Below are positions 45,940 to 55,543 of a stretch of 64,000 nt of DNA, piece by piece. The stretch comes from Fimbriimonadia bacterium (lineage in GTDB: Bacteria; Armatimonadota; Fimbriimonadia; Fimbriimonadales; JABRVX01), in NCBI GenBank assembly GCA_041483895.1, contig JBGPGO010000013.1:32001-96000 (forward strand), given 5' to 3'. Within the stretch, counting starts at the first letter, position 1. Each line of letters begins with the position of its first letter. A model generated the notes under the pieces. The model had not been told where the DNA came from. It saw only the letters and a list, made by a program, of their open reading frames with translations, and made no database searches. Position numbers and translations under genes: made by a program.

Positions 45940-46698
45940 CTAGCGGATATAGCTTGCGCCGTTGATATCGAGGGTGATGCCGGTGAGGTAGTCGGCATCC
46001 TGGGAGGCGAGAAAGGCGACGGCCGCGCCTATCTCGTCCGGCGTCGCCATGCGCCCGAACGGTATTTGGGCGCGCGCGGCTTCCAACACTTTTCCGTCGC
46101 GATCCTTTACCATTTCCGTTTCCGTCCAACCTGGCGCGATGGCGTAAACGTAGATGTTGTGCTGTAGGAGTTCAATAGCCAGTGATTTCGTTAAGTTGAT
46201 TTGCGCGGCTTTGCTGGCGGCATAGGCTGCCGCTCCCGGCTCGCCACGAAATCCTGCGCGGCTCGCGATGTTGATGATCTTGCCGCCGCCACACGCGCGG
46301 AAGTGGTTGGCGAATCGGTGCGAAAGTACGACGGTGGTCATGAGGTTGACCGTCAACATCTTTTGCCAGTTCTCGATGGCGCCGGGTTCCAGGAACGGGC
46401 AAGGCTCATACACCCCGGCATTATTGACAAGTAGATTGAAATCAGGCCACCGTTCAAAAATGTCCGGCATCGCGTCGGTTTCAGTCAGATCGGCTTGGAT
46501 GACGCCGATGCAGTTTTCGCCAATCTCCGAACGCGCATGTTCGGCGAGGTCCTTGGATGTGTTGTAGTGAAGAACTACCTGCGCGCCGGACCCTGCCAAT
46601 CGGATGGCACACGCCCTTCCAATTCCCCGCGCTGCGCCGGTGACGAGCGCAACGCTATCAGTGAGATCTACTGGGACCACCCGTGGAAATACATCCAT
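45940..46698 (-). CDS. SDR-family oxidoreductase
   Basis: TGAARGIG, VNNAG, YAASK, APGWTET; start uncertain, overlaps subunit IV gene. Confidence 0.92.
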   Translation of the reverse strand: MDVFPRVVPVDLTDSVALVTGAARGIGRACAIRLAGSGAQVVLHYNTSKDLAEHARSEIGENCIGVIQADLTETDAMPDIFERWPDFNLLVNNAGVYEPCPFLEPGAIENWQKMLTVNLMTTVVLSHRFANHFRACGGGKIINIASRAGFRGEPGAAAYAASKAAQINLTKSLAIELLQHNIYVYAIAPGWTETEMVKDRDGKVLEAARAQIPFGRMATPDEIGAAVAFLASQDADYLTGITLDINGASYIR

Positions 46699-47000
46699 TC
46701 GCGACTGCTATAGTCGATGAGGGTACCGAACAGGATGAGCAAGAAGAAGAAACCCACAAACGCCCACAGCTTCATCAATTTCGAGCCGAAACGCACACCC
46801 ATGAATATCGCCATCACCAAACCCATCTTGATGACGGCGATCGCCATCGCGATCGGGTTGGCCAATCCGCCAAAGTTCTGATATTGAACCCAAATCGTCG
46901 CCAATAGTAGCAGAAGCAACGCGATATACACCTTAAAAAAGGTGAACACCGAGGTTGCCGGATGCTCGTGCGTTGCGTGTGTGCCGTGTTCTTCACTCAT
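46668..47000 (-). CDS. ctaF: Cytochrome c oxidase subunit IV
   Basis: 3 TM, IAVIKMGLVMAIFM, follows subunit III. Confidence 0.85.
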   Translation of the reverse strand: MSEEHGTHATHEHPATSVFTFFKVYIALLLLLLATIWVQYQNFGGLANPIAMAIAVIKMGLVMAIFMGVRFGSKLMKLWAFVGFFFLLILFGTLIDYSSREWMYFHGWSQ

Positions 47001-47010
47001 ACCATGTTCC

Positions 47011-47748
47011 TTAGTGCGGGATCAAATAGAATAACGGATACAGGAATATCCAAACGATGTCCACAAAGTGCCAATACAGCCCTGTCATTTCGATTGGCAT
47101 AAAGTACCGTGTCGCCGGATGGCCCTTATATACCATCCACCAAAGGATGCTGATCACGATGATGCCGATGATGACGTGGATGCCGTGCAGGCCCGTCATG
47201 CAGAAATAGAGCACGAAGAACATCTGTGCCCACTGCTGCAGCTGAGCGCCGGGGATCTGACTGACGATGCCATTGAAATGCGGGTTATTCACGAGGCTCG
47301 TTGTCGGTTCGTAATTGAAGTACGGACCCGGAACAAGATGGTGCTCAAATTTCGCGCTGTATTCGAAGTATTTCACCACCAAGAATCCGAACGCGAACAG
47401 CACCGTCACCGCCAGCCAAATCAGTTGCCCCTTCCGGCTCTTCAGTTGCGCCGCGCGGACCGCAAGCGCCATCGAGAAGCTGCTCGTCAGCAGGATGAAA
47501 GTATTGAGGCCGCCCATCCGAATGCTCAGATGCTTGTGAGCATCGAAGAATATCGTCGGGTAGGAATATCGGTACACAAGATAGGCGCAGAACAGGCCGC
47601 CGAAGAACATGATTTCGGTGACCAGAAACGTCCACATGCCCGTCATGTAGGCGTCATTCTGCTGTTCCATCGTATCGAACTGGTGCATGAGATCGGGTTC
47701 ATGCCCATGTCCGTGCGCGTGTTCTTGGACGGCGGCTTCGGCGCTCAT
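47011..47748 (-). CDS. ctaE: Cytochrome c oxidase subunit III
   Basis: [34 protein letters not shown]. Confidence 0.95.
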   Translation of the reverse strand: MSAEAAVQEHAHGHGHEPDLMHQFDTMEQQNDAYMTGMWTFLVTEIMFFGGLFCAYLVYRYSYPTIFFDAHKHLSIRMGGLNTFILLTSSFSMALAVRAAQLKSRKGQLIWLAVTVLFAFGFLVVKYFEYSAKFEHHLVPGPYFNYEPTTSLVNNPHFNGIVSQIPGAQLQQWAQMFFVLYFCMTGLHGIHVIIGIIVISILWWMVYKGHPATRYFMPIEMTGLYWHFVDIVWIFLYPLFYLIPH

Positions 47749-47750
47749 TC

Positions 47751-49466
47751 CTAGACTTCCCCTCCTACGGCGGCTTCCGGTTTGTCATGCGTGTGCGCAT
47801 CTTCGTCTTCCGGCAGATACATCATTGACTCAGGCTCTTCCGGCAGATCGTCGATCTCCGAATAGTGATAATCATATGCCTCCCACGTCACCACCGGCTT
47901 GTGATCGAAATTCTCGGTCGGCGGTGGAGAGCTCGTCATCCATTCCAGTCCTACGGCCCGCCACGGATTGCTCGTGACGCGCCGGCCATATTTCAGCGAC
48001 CATATCAAATAGAACAAGGGAATGATATACCCGACCGCAAGGACCGAGGCGCCGGCGGACGACAAGACGTTCAGCGGCAGGTACTGGGCGCTATAGTAGT
48101 GATAACGACGCGGCATTCCTTGGTAACCCAATATGAACTGAGGAAAGAAGGTCAGGTTGAATCCAAGGAAGACGAGAATGGCGGCGGTTTTTGCCCAGTT
48201 CTCCGGATACATTCTGCCAAAAATCTTTGGCCACCAAAAATGGATGCCCGCCAAGAATCCCATGATGGAGCCGCCGACCATGACGTAATGGAAATGCGCG
48301 ACGACGAAATAGGTGTCATGTAGATGCAGATCGGTGCCCATGGATGAGAGGAACAACCCCGTCAGCCCACCCACAACGAACAGGCCGATGAACCCCAAGG
48401 CAAATAGCATTGGTGCGGTAAACCAGATATGACCCTTATACATTGTCGCGGCCCAGTTGAACACTTTGACTGCGGAAGGGATTGCCACCATAAAGCTCAA
48501 AATCGAGAATATGTATCCGAGATATGCCGATTGCCCGGTCAGGAACATGTGATGGCCCCACACGACAAACCCAAACACCGCGATGGCCAAACTGGAAAAT
48601 GCGATGAACGGATATCCAAATATCTTGCGCCGAGAGAAACAGCTGACAACCTCGCTGATAACACCCATGGACGGTACGATCATGATGTACACAGCCGGAT
48701 GGGAATAGAACCAGAACATGTGCTGCATCAGCACCGGATCGCCGCCCTTTGTGGGGTCGAAAATGCCTAGTCCCAATGTGCGTTCAACCACGATACACAT
48801 CAGCGTGATAGCGATGACCGGCGTTGCCAAGACCATGATAATGCTTGTCGCATACTGGGCCCATATAAACAGCGGCAGGCGGAACCATGTGAGTCCCGGA
48901 GCGCGCATCTTGTGAATTGTTACAATAAAGTTGAGCCCGGTAAAAATCGAACTGAATCCGGCGAAGAATGCAGCGAACAGCGCAAGCGAGACGTTGGAGT
49001 TGCTGAATTGGCTGCTGTACGGAGTATAGAACGTCCAGCCCGTATCCACGCCGCCGGAGAAGATCGCGATGGCAGCCAGTATGCCGCCGGTAATATACAT
49101 ATACCAACTCAGCAAGTTGAGCCTTGGAAAAGCCACATCCTTTGCGCCGATCATCAGCGGTATACAGAAATTGCCGAGAATGGCGGGAATCGACGGGATG
49201 ATCACGAAGAACACCATCACAATCCCGTGCATCGAGAACATGCGATTGTACGTGTCGTGCTCGAGGATAAACCCATCGTTGCGAATTAGTTCGAGCCGGA
49301 TCATCGTGGCGCCCAAAGCACCTATTGCGAAGAAGACCATGACCCCAACCATATACAAAATGGCTATCCGCTTGTGATCCAACGTCGTGAGCCACGAACG
49401 GATGGATGTACCATTGTTGAGGTAGTTCTTTTTCCCCTCCTTCGCTGAGTAACCCGTAGCGCTCAC
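47751..49466 (-). CDS. ctaD: Cytochrome c oxidase subunit I (A2 type)
   Basis: [40 protein letters not shown]. Confidence 0.98.
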   Translation of the reverse strand: MSATGYSAKEGKKNYLNNGTSIRSWLTTLDHKRIAILYMVGVMVFFAIGALGATMIRLELIRNDGFILEHDTYNRMFSMHGIVMVFFVIIPSIPAILGNFCIPLMIGAKDVAFPRLNLLSWYMYITGGILAAIAIFSGGVDTGWTFYTPYSSQFSNSNVSLALFAAFFAGFSSIFTGLNFIVTIHKMRAPGLTWFRLPLFIWAQYATSIIMVLATPVIAITLMCIVVERTLGLGIFDPTKGGDPVLMQHMFWFYSHPAVYIMIVPSMGVISEVVSCFSRRKIFGYPFIAFSSLAIAVFGFVVWGHHMFLTGQSAYLGYIFSILSFMVAIPSAVKVFNWAATMYKGHIWFTAPMLFALGFIGLFVVGGLTGLFLSSMGTDLHLHDTYFVVAHFHYVMVGGSIMGFLAGIHFWWPKIFGRMYPENWAKTAAILVFLGFNLTFFPQFILGYQGMPRRYHYYSAQYLPLNVLSSAGASVLAVGYIIPLFYLIWSLKYGRRVTSNPWRAVGLEWMTSSPPPTENFDHKPVVTWEAYDYHYSEIDDLPEEPESMMYLPEDEDAHTHDKPEAAVGGEV

Positions 49467-50455
49467 TGCTGCTTTCCTTCCTGTCTGTTCCCTTCGGCTG
49501 GCGCAACAGCCTTGTTGCCCGACCGGAGCGATTTGATGAATGCCACCAACTGCAGTACCTGATCCTCACTCAAACTGTTCTGGTAAGAAGCCATGACAGG
49601 CTGATAGCCTTCCACCACTTTCTTCGGTGGATCGATGATCGACTCGCGCAGGTAGTTGTCATCCGCCAAAACGGCTCTGCCATCTTCCAGCCGGACCGGC
49701 GTATTATGAAGATCTACTAACGAAGGAGCGCGCGCGGGAGCAAAACCATGACATTGCACGCACTGGAATCGGTTGAATATCTCCTCTCCACTCTCCGCGA
49801 TGGACTGCCGCTTTGTCACCTGCTTGTCACCGCCGCTCGCCAGCCAAGCCTGATAGGCGGCCGGTTCCATGACGTACACTTTCCCGATCATTTCCGAATG
49901 CTGAGTCCCACAATACTGGCCGCAAAACAGATCGTATACCCCCACCTTCGTGGCTTCGAACCAGGCATTCGTATAGTGCCCTGGAATTACGTCGGTATGA
50001 ATACGAAATGCCGGCACAAAGAAATCGTGAATCACATCCTGTGAAATGAATGTTAAATTAACGGCTTTACCCACAGGTACATGGAGTTCGTCGTTTTCAC
50101 GGATGCCATTGGCATGTTGAATGTGCCACATCCACTGCTTGCCGACAACATACACCTGTAGCGCATCCTTCGGCATTCTTCGAGAAAACGCATACACTTC
50201 AGAGGCCCAAACGAACACGACGAGCGACATCAGCAACGGAATCCCGGTCCACACGACCTCGACAAACAGATTGTGATGAACGGGATTCTTGCGGCTTGCC
50301 TTCGAGCCACGCCGATACCGGATTCCGAACGCGAATATCATAATTCCTACGATGACCGTAAAGAACACCGTCAAAGCGACGAGCACCCAGAACAGCGGAT
50401 CCATCGCGTTGGCAAACGTCGAGGCCTGCTCCGGCATGGAAATTGGGCCAGGCAT
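49463..50455 (-). CDS. ctaC: Cytochrome c oxidase subunit II with fused heme c (caa3)
   Basis: [18 protein letters not shown] (CuA), CVQCH. Confidence 0.95.
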   Translation of the reverse strand: MPGPISMPEQASTFANAMDPLFWVLVALTVFFTVIVGIMIFAFGIRYRRGSKASRKNPVHHNLFVEVVWTGIPLLMSLVVFVWASEVYAFSRRMPKDALQVYVVGKQWMWHIQHANGIRENDELHVPVGKAVNLTFISQDVIHDFFVPAFRIHTDVIPGHYTNAWFEATKVGVYDLFCGQYCGTQHSEMIGKVYVMEPAAYQAWLASGGDKQVTKRQSIAESGEEIFNRFQCVQCHGFAPARAPSLVDLHNTPVRLEDGRAVLADDNYLRESIIDPPKKVVEGYQPVMASYQNSLSEDQVLQLVAFIKSLRSGNKAVAPAEGNRQEGKQQ

Positions 50456-50458
50456 CGC

Positions 50459-51307
50459 TTAGTCCTTTTCTCCTTCTTCAAGTTCCTTGTTCAAGTCGTC
50501 GGGCGTAAGCGCCGTTCTCTTGAACTTTCGTGTCATCACAACGATGGAAAGCGCCATGCCGACGATCGTTAGGGCGGCCGCAATCTTCAGCAGCGTGTAA
50601 ATTCGAAGCGTGTATTTCCCTGTGGCATGATCCCAGACATAGCAGCCAATCAGTAGGTTGTCCACTGCCGTTCCGATCTTATGGTCCGACGCCTCGATCA
50701 GTGCGAACTTCACGTCGCGGTTGTTGTATCCGATGCCAAAGAAGTACTTGGAGGTTTTTCCTTCCGGCGTCAGTATCACCATCCCCGCCGGATGCGCATA
50801 CCGTTTTGCCGCGGCATCGTAGACGTATCGAAACCCAATCGAATCCGCCAGCCTCTGGATGGACTCGTAGTCACTCGTCAGCCAATGCCACCCTTTGGCC
50901 GCATCCGGTCTATCGTACAGCTGCATGTAGTTCTTCTTTTTCTCGGCTGCTAGTGCAGGCTTTTCCGTCGGATCGATGCTGACCGTCAAACAGATGAAGT
51001 CCTTCCCGAGTGATAGCTGCTGGTGCTTGAAGGCGTCCATCACACCGTCCAAAATCGTGCTGCAAATTCCCGGGCAATTATATTGAATCAGCATAAGCGC
51101 AATCGGTTTATCGCCATAGTAGTCCTTGAGTTGAACCTGCTTTCCATCTTCATCGTTAAAATAAAGATATCCAGGAACCTGCTCATTCAGCTTCTGCTCA
51201 AAGGCAACCTCTCGTTTGGGCTCTTTGTTGCCATATTGGCCATGCGCCGCGACTGCGGCCAAACCAACGATCACCGCGAAAAGAGGGGTAAATCCTTTCA
51301 TCATCAT
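50459..51307 (-). CDS. SCO-family copper chaperone
   Basis: CPGIC, TVSIDP, YAHPAG. Confidence 0.92.
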   Translation of the reverse strand: MMMKGFTPLFAVIVGLAAVAAHGQYGNKEPKREVAFEQKLNEQVPGYLYFNDEDGKQVQLKDYYGDKPIALMLIQYNCPGICSTILDGVMDAFKHQQLSLGKDFICLTVSIDPTEKPALAAEKKKNYMQLYDRPDAAKGWHWLTSDYESIQRLADSIGFRYVYDAAAKRYAHPAGMVILTPEGKTSKYFFGIGYNNRDVKFALIEASDHKIGTAVDNLLIGCYVWDHATGKYTLRIYTLLKIAAALTIVGMALSIVVMTRKFKRTALTPDDLNKELEEGEKD

Positions 51308-51744
51308 CTCCCTGTCTTCTCCTCGGATGGAGTCTGTGTCCTCGCCGGCAGCCCCTTTTCCAACAGCTTGTCCATTGCTACGCTAACGGGAATTCGTACT
51401 TGGCCCTTTTCTTTATTCGCCCAACCATAGCCATCGATCTTCGCGGCTTCCGACGCGCGGAATTCCCGAATATCGCGATCGGGATTGGCCTGAACCGTGT
51501 GCTCCGGCATGGCAGAGCTCGGCAAACCCATCGGCCGGATAGGCTCGTTCGTTTCAACGCTGGTCGGCATGATGACTCGATACAGAGCAAGCGAGACCAG
51601 AGCGGAAAAGCCGAGAAAGACCCCAAGCCCAATGCCCCATCTCGCCAGCGCGGAAATATTGGCGTCCCGCGCCTCATAGCCCAGCTTCGCCAGCTGATCG
51701 ATCTCTTCCGGGCTCAATGGCTTTTGTTCTTCATGCATGTTCAA
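51304..51744 (-). CDS. actG: Probable ACIII subunit ActG
   Basis: GYEARD, single TM, YGWANKEKGQVRIPVSVAM; position after actF. Confidence 0.65.
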   Translation of the reverse strand: MNMHEEQKPLSPEEIDQLAKLGYEARDANISALARWGIGLGVFLGFSALVSLALYRVIMPTSVETNEPIRPMGLPSSAMPEHTVQANPDRDIREFRASEAAKIDGYGWANKEKGQVRIPVSVAMDKLLEKGLPARTQTPSEEKTGR

Positions 51745-52969
51745 GCGTCTCCTGGGGAGCGGCCGTGTAATGCTTGGCCATCAGCGGGTGCTTCTGGGCG
51801 CGCATTAGGAAGAAGAACATCCAGAGCCCGCCAATGCCGATGATCGCGCATGCGGACATCCAGATCAGATCGTTCGGCGTTTCGGAGACGTGCGTGTGGA
51901 AAAACGGAGTGACCGCGCCACCCTGAGCATTCGCCGCCGTAATCCCACCCCGCATATGGAAGAATGGGACCACGATCCAGAAAATGTCGATAATTCGCAC
52001 GAAGAAGATCCACATGGCGACCGCCAGCAACGAAGCTCCGAACCGCTTAACTCGCGGCGCCAACAGAAGCAGGAACGGCAGGAAGAACTGACCGAACACC
52101 ACAAATGTCCCCACCGTGTGCCAGTTTCCCGTTAAACGATTGATGTAATAGGAGGTCTCTTCCGGGATATTTCCCGCATAAATAATTAGGAACTGCGATA
52201 GATTGATATATCCCCAGAACATCGTGAACGTAAAGAGCATGTTGCCCAAGTCTTTCGTGACCCGAGGCGTGATGACCTCGGAAAACGGCTTCTGGTTCCG
52301 AAGCAGCAAGAAGATGATGGTGCAAAGGCTCAGCGCGCCAAGACATGCGCCTACGGTGAACAGGAACCCCCAAATCGTCGAGTACCAATGCAGGTCGAGC
52401 GACATTACCAAATCCGTGGAGGCCAGCGTGAACGTGATCACGAAGAACAAGATGCCCGGCGAGCCGATGTTCGCGCGCATGTCCGCTTCCTTCGTGTTCC
52501 CCGTCTCGTCCTGTCTCAGCGAGGAGCCGATTAGCTTGAACGCCAAGAACAGCCAGATAAGGAAATAGACGGCCATTCGAATGAGAAAGAACGTTGGATT
52601 CAAAAAGTGCAGTTTTGCTTGCAGCGCCGGGTCGGCGGCGGCCTCCGGAGTCGTCCACGGATAGATATAATGCATGCCGACAATCGCCGGGATGAACAGC
52701 AGGATCATCAGCCACAAATTGCTGGACCCCGCCTCCAAAAACCGGAGGATCGGCATTGTCCAACGCCCACGGATGGAGTTGTGGAGGCAGAGCAGCCCAA
52801 GGCAGCCCATGGTCACGCAGAACCAGAGGATAAAGCCGCAATAGTAGCTTTGGAAGAAATGCGAGGGACTGGCCCCATAGCCGATGGCGCAACCGACGAA
52901 GGCGAGAATAGTGACGACGAGGGCCGCCATCTGCATCCGCTTCATCGCCGCAAGGATGCCGTCGTTCAC
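51731..52969 (-). CDS. actF: ACIII membrane subunit ActF
   Basis: ~10 TM, DLVMSLDLHWYSTIWG, DLGNML, SQFLIIYAGNIPEE. Confidence 0.88.
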   Translation of the reverse strand: MNDGILAAMKRMQMAALVVTILAFVGCAIGYGASPSHFFQSYYCGFILWFCVTMGCLGLLCLHNSIRGRWTMPILRFLEAGSSNLWLMILLFIPAIVGMHYIYPWTTPEAAADPALQAKLHFLNPTFFLIRMAVYFLIWLFLAFKLIGSSLRQDETGNTKEADMRANIGSPGILFFVITFTLASTDLVMSLDLHWYSTIWGFLFTVGACLGALSLCTIIFLLLRNQKPFSEVITPRVTKDLGNMLFTFTMFWGYINLSQFLIIYAGNIPEETSYYINRLTGNWHTVGTFVVFGQFFLPFLLLLAPRVKRFGASLLAVAMWIFFVRIIDIFWIVVPFFHMRGGITAANAQGGAVTPFFHTHVSETPNDLIWMSACAIIGIGGLWMFFFLMRAQKHPLMAKHYTAAPQETLEHA

Positions 52970-53616
52970 ATTCCACCTGCCGTCAGCTTCTGTCGTTCGG
53001 ATTCCGGCACGTCTTGGAGCGTTTGACTTTCACTGAGCTGCAGCGCCCGAATGTACGCCGCGATCCGCCATCTGTCCATCACATCGACTCTCTCCGCGTA
53101 GCTGTACATGATGCCATAACCGTTAGTCATGACATCGAAGAAGTGTCCGATCGCGATTTTGACCAACCGCTCATCATGGAAATTGGCCGGCTTTCGACGA
53201 AGGTTGAAACCTCGGCGGGCGATCATCCCATCGCCATTCCCCAGCACTCCGTGGCAGGGGGAACAGTAAACATTGAATCGCTGTTGGCCCCGCTCCAGAT
53301 CGGCACGGGTGATCGGGAAGGGGAACGTGTCGTAATATTTGCCTCGGAAAATACCCGTCTCGACCGGGGAGCCGCCGGGAATCGACCAATTCACCTTTGT
53401 GCCGCCCTCGATGCCGGTGTACAGATGCTTGTCGAGCTTCGGGTTGCCGTGCTGGACGGTGTGCGCAATTCGCGGACGAGAACTGCTGCCGTCCGGGAAA
53501 AACGGCGTCTCCTGCAGCGGCTTGTGCACCTTCTTCTGCACCCACATATCGGGATGGCAGCCCGAAAGCTCCATGACGACGGCGCCAAGCAACGCGAGCG
53601 TGAGCGGGCGGTTCAG
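52966..53616 (-). CDS. actE: ACIII monoheme cytochrome c lipoprotein ActE
   Basis: LSGC lipobox, DMWVQ, RGQQRFNVYCSPCHG, RWRIAAYIRALQ; start probably CTG 53616 (ORF track gives TTG 53592). Confidence 0.88.
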   Translation of the reverse strand: MNRPLTLALLGAVVMELSGCHPDMWVQKKVHKPLQETPFFPDGSSSRPRIAHTVQHGNPKLDKHLYTGIEGGTKVNWSIPGGSPVETGIFRGKYYDTFPFPITRADLERGQQRFNVYCSPCHGVLGNGDGMIARRGFNLRRKPANFHDERLVKIAIGHFFDVMTNGYGIMYSYAERVDVMDRWRIAAYIRALQLSESQTLQDVPESERQKLTAGGM

Positions 53617-54149
53617 TGGGGCACCTCCTCGACGGAAAGCGAGCCCAGACCTTCCAAGAATCGCGCGGTCTCGTCAATTTCAAACTTCGGATCTTTGGCC
53701 TCGATGCAGAGGAAGAACCGATCCTGGGTCGCAAGATCGAACCGCGGCGCATTGAATACCGGGTGATACGGCTTTGGCAGGCCGTTCAATCCCAGCATTC
53801 CCAAGACCCCCGCGAAAGAAGAGAGAAGGATTGTGGATTCAAACGTGACAGGGAAAAAGTAGGGCCAGGAGATGAAGGGCCGTCCACCCACATTGATAGG
53901 ATAGTCCATGCCGTTCGCATACGCTTGCAGCGCAAATCCTGCCGCCGCGCCAATGACGCCGCCCCAAAACATCATCCATTGGACTTTCGAATCCTTAAAA
54001 CCGATCGCATCATCGAGCCCATGGATCGGGAACGGGCTGTAGGCATCCATTTCCCGATACCCCGCATCGTGAGCGCGCTGCGATGCCACGACCAGGTCTT
54101 CCGGATCGTCGAATTCCGCCATCAGGCCATAGACTCTGGTGTCACTCAT
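53613..54149 (-). CDS. actD: ACIII subunit ActD (DUF3341)
   Basis: DAYSPFPIHGL, DYPINVGGRP, PVTFE. Confidence 0.92.
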   Translation of the reverse strand: MSDTRVYGLMAEFDDPEDLVVASQRAHDAGYREMDAYSPFPIHGLDDAIGFKDSKVQWMMFWGGVIGAAAGFALQAYANGMDYPINVGGRPFISWPYFFPVTFESTILLSSFAGVLGMLGLNGLPKPYHPVFNAPRFDLATQDRFFLCIEAKDPKFEIDETARFLEGLGSLSVEEVPH

Positions 54150-55543
54150 CAGTGCCCCTCACCGGCGCTAATCGCGTCCGCCCGTTTTCTGGGATTGCCT
54201 TGGAACTTGTACAGCAGGTCCTTCATTTCGAACGCGTTGATCATCGGAACGAACCGGACGAACAGGAACATCATAAAGGTGAAGAATCCGAGTGTGCCGG
54301 CAAAGGTCGCATAGTCCCAGAACGTCGGATAGTACATCCCCCACGACGAGGGCAGCGAGTCCCGAACAAGGCTCGTGACGACGATGATGAACCGCTCCAG
54401 CCACATTCCGATGCTGATGACAATGCAGATGCCAAAGACCATAGGAAGGTTGGCGCGCCACTTTGGAAACCATAGGAGCTGCGGCACAAGGCCGTTGCAC
54501 AGAATGAGCGACCAGTAGAACGGCCAATAGGGGCCCATCATCCGGTTCTTCATCATGAACCACTCGTATGGATTGCCGCTGTACCAGGCATAAAACGCTT
54601 CGGTCATGTAGCCATAGGAGACGATGAGCCCGGTCGCGAGCATGATCTTGCACATCCAGTCGATGTGCCGCATCGTGATCAGGTCCTTCAGGCCGTACCA
54701 CGCCCGGATCGGAATGACGAGGAGAAGAACCATCGCGAACCCGGCGTACACGGCGCCCGCGACGAAATAGGGCGGGAACAGGGTCGTGTGCCAACCTGGA
54801 AGCTGCGAGATGGCGAAGTCCAAGCTGACGATACTGTGGACGGAAAGGACCAGCGGCGTTGAAAGACCGGCGAGTATCAGATAGGCCGATTCATAGCGGA
54901 CCCAGTGCTTTGCCGATCCGCGCCACCCCAACGAGAACACGCCGAATATCCTGGCAACGAGCAGACTCTTCGCCTTATCCCTCAGCGTCGCAAGGTCCGG
55001 AATGAGGCCCACATACCAGAAGATGACCGAGACCGTGAAATAGGTGGTGACCGCGAAAACGTCCCAAACCAACGGGCTCTTGAATTGCGGCCAAAGGGTC
55101 ATCCAGTTGGGATACGGCAGCATCCAATAGGCTACCCAGGGCCGGCCCGTATGCAGCAGCGGGAACATTCCGGCGCACATGACCGCGAAAATGGTCATCG
55201 CCTCTGCAAATCGGTTGATGGAGTTGCGCCATCGTTGCCGCGTGAGCAGCAGAATCGCCGAAATCAGCGTCCCGGCGTGGCCAATTCCAATCCACCAGAC
55301 AAAGTTGATGATGGCAAAGCCCCAACCGACCGGGATATTGATTCCCCATATCCCCACGCCCATGAACAACAGCCAACAGACGGCAATCAGCAGAATATTG
55401 ACTCCCAAAAATCCGGCTGCGAATGCAAGCTGCCAGTTGAGTCCGTGCCGCTTTTGATCCAGGACGATATCGTCGATCTTGCCGCCGATGGAGGCAAAAT
55501 CGTGTACGCCGGTGATCAGCTTTTCGCCGGAAGCTTCGCTCAA
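54149..55543 (-). CDS. actC: ACIII quinol-oxidising subunit ActC (NrfD/PsrC family)
   Basis: NFVWWIGIGHAGTLISAIL, HTGRPW, SPLVWDVFAV, SVHSIVSLDFA. Confidence 0.95.
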   Translation of the reverse strand: MSEASGEKLITGVHDFASIGGKIDDIVLDQKRHGLNWQLAFAAGFLGVNILLIAVCWLLFMGVGIWGINIPVGWGFAIINFVWWIGIGHAGTLISAILLLTRQRWRNSINRFAEAMTIFAVMCAGMFPLLHTGRPWVAYWMLPYPNWMTLWPQFKSPLVWDVFAVTTYFTVSVIFWYVGLIPDLATLRDKAKSLLVARIFGVFSLGWRGSAKHWVRYESAYLILAGLSTPLVLSVHSIVSLDFAISQLPGWHTTLFPPYFVAGAVYAGFAMVLLLVIPIRAWYGLKDLITMRHIDWMCKIMLATGLIVSYGYMTEAFYAWYSGNPYEWFMMKNRMMGPYWPFYWSLILCNGLVPQLLWFPKWRANLPMVFGICIVISIGMWLERFIIVVTSLVRDSLPSSWGMYYPTFWDYATFAGTLGFFTFMMFLFVRFVPMINAFEMKDLLYKFQGNPRKRADAISAGEGH

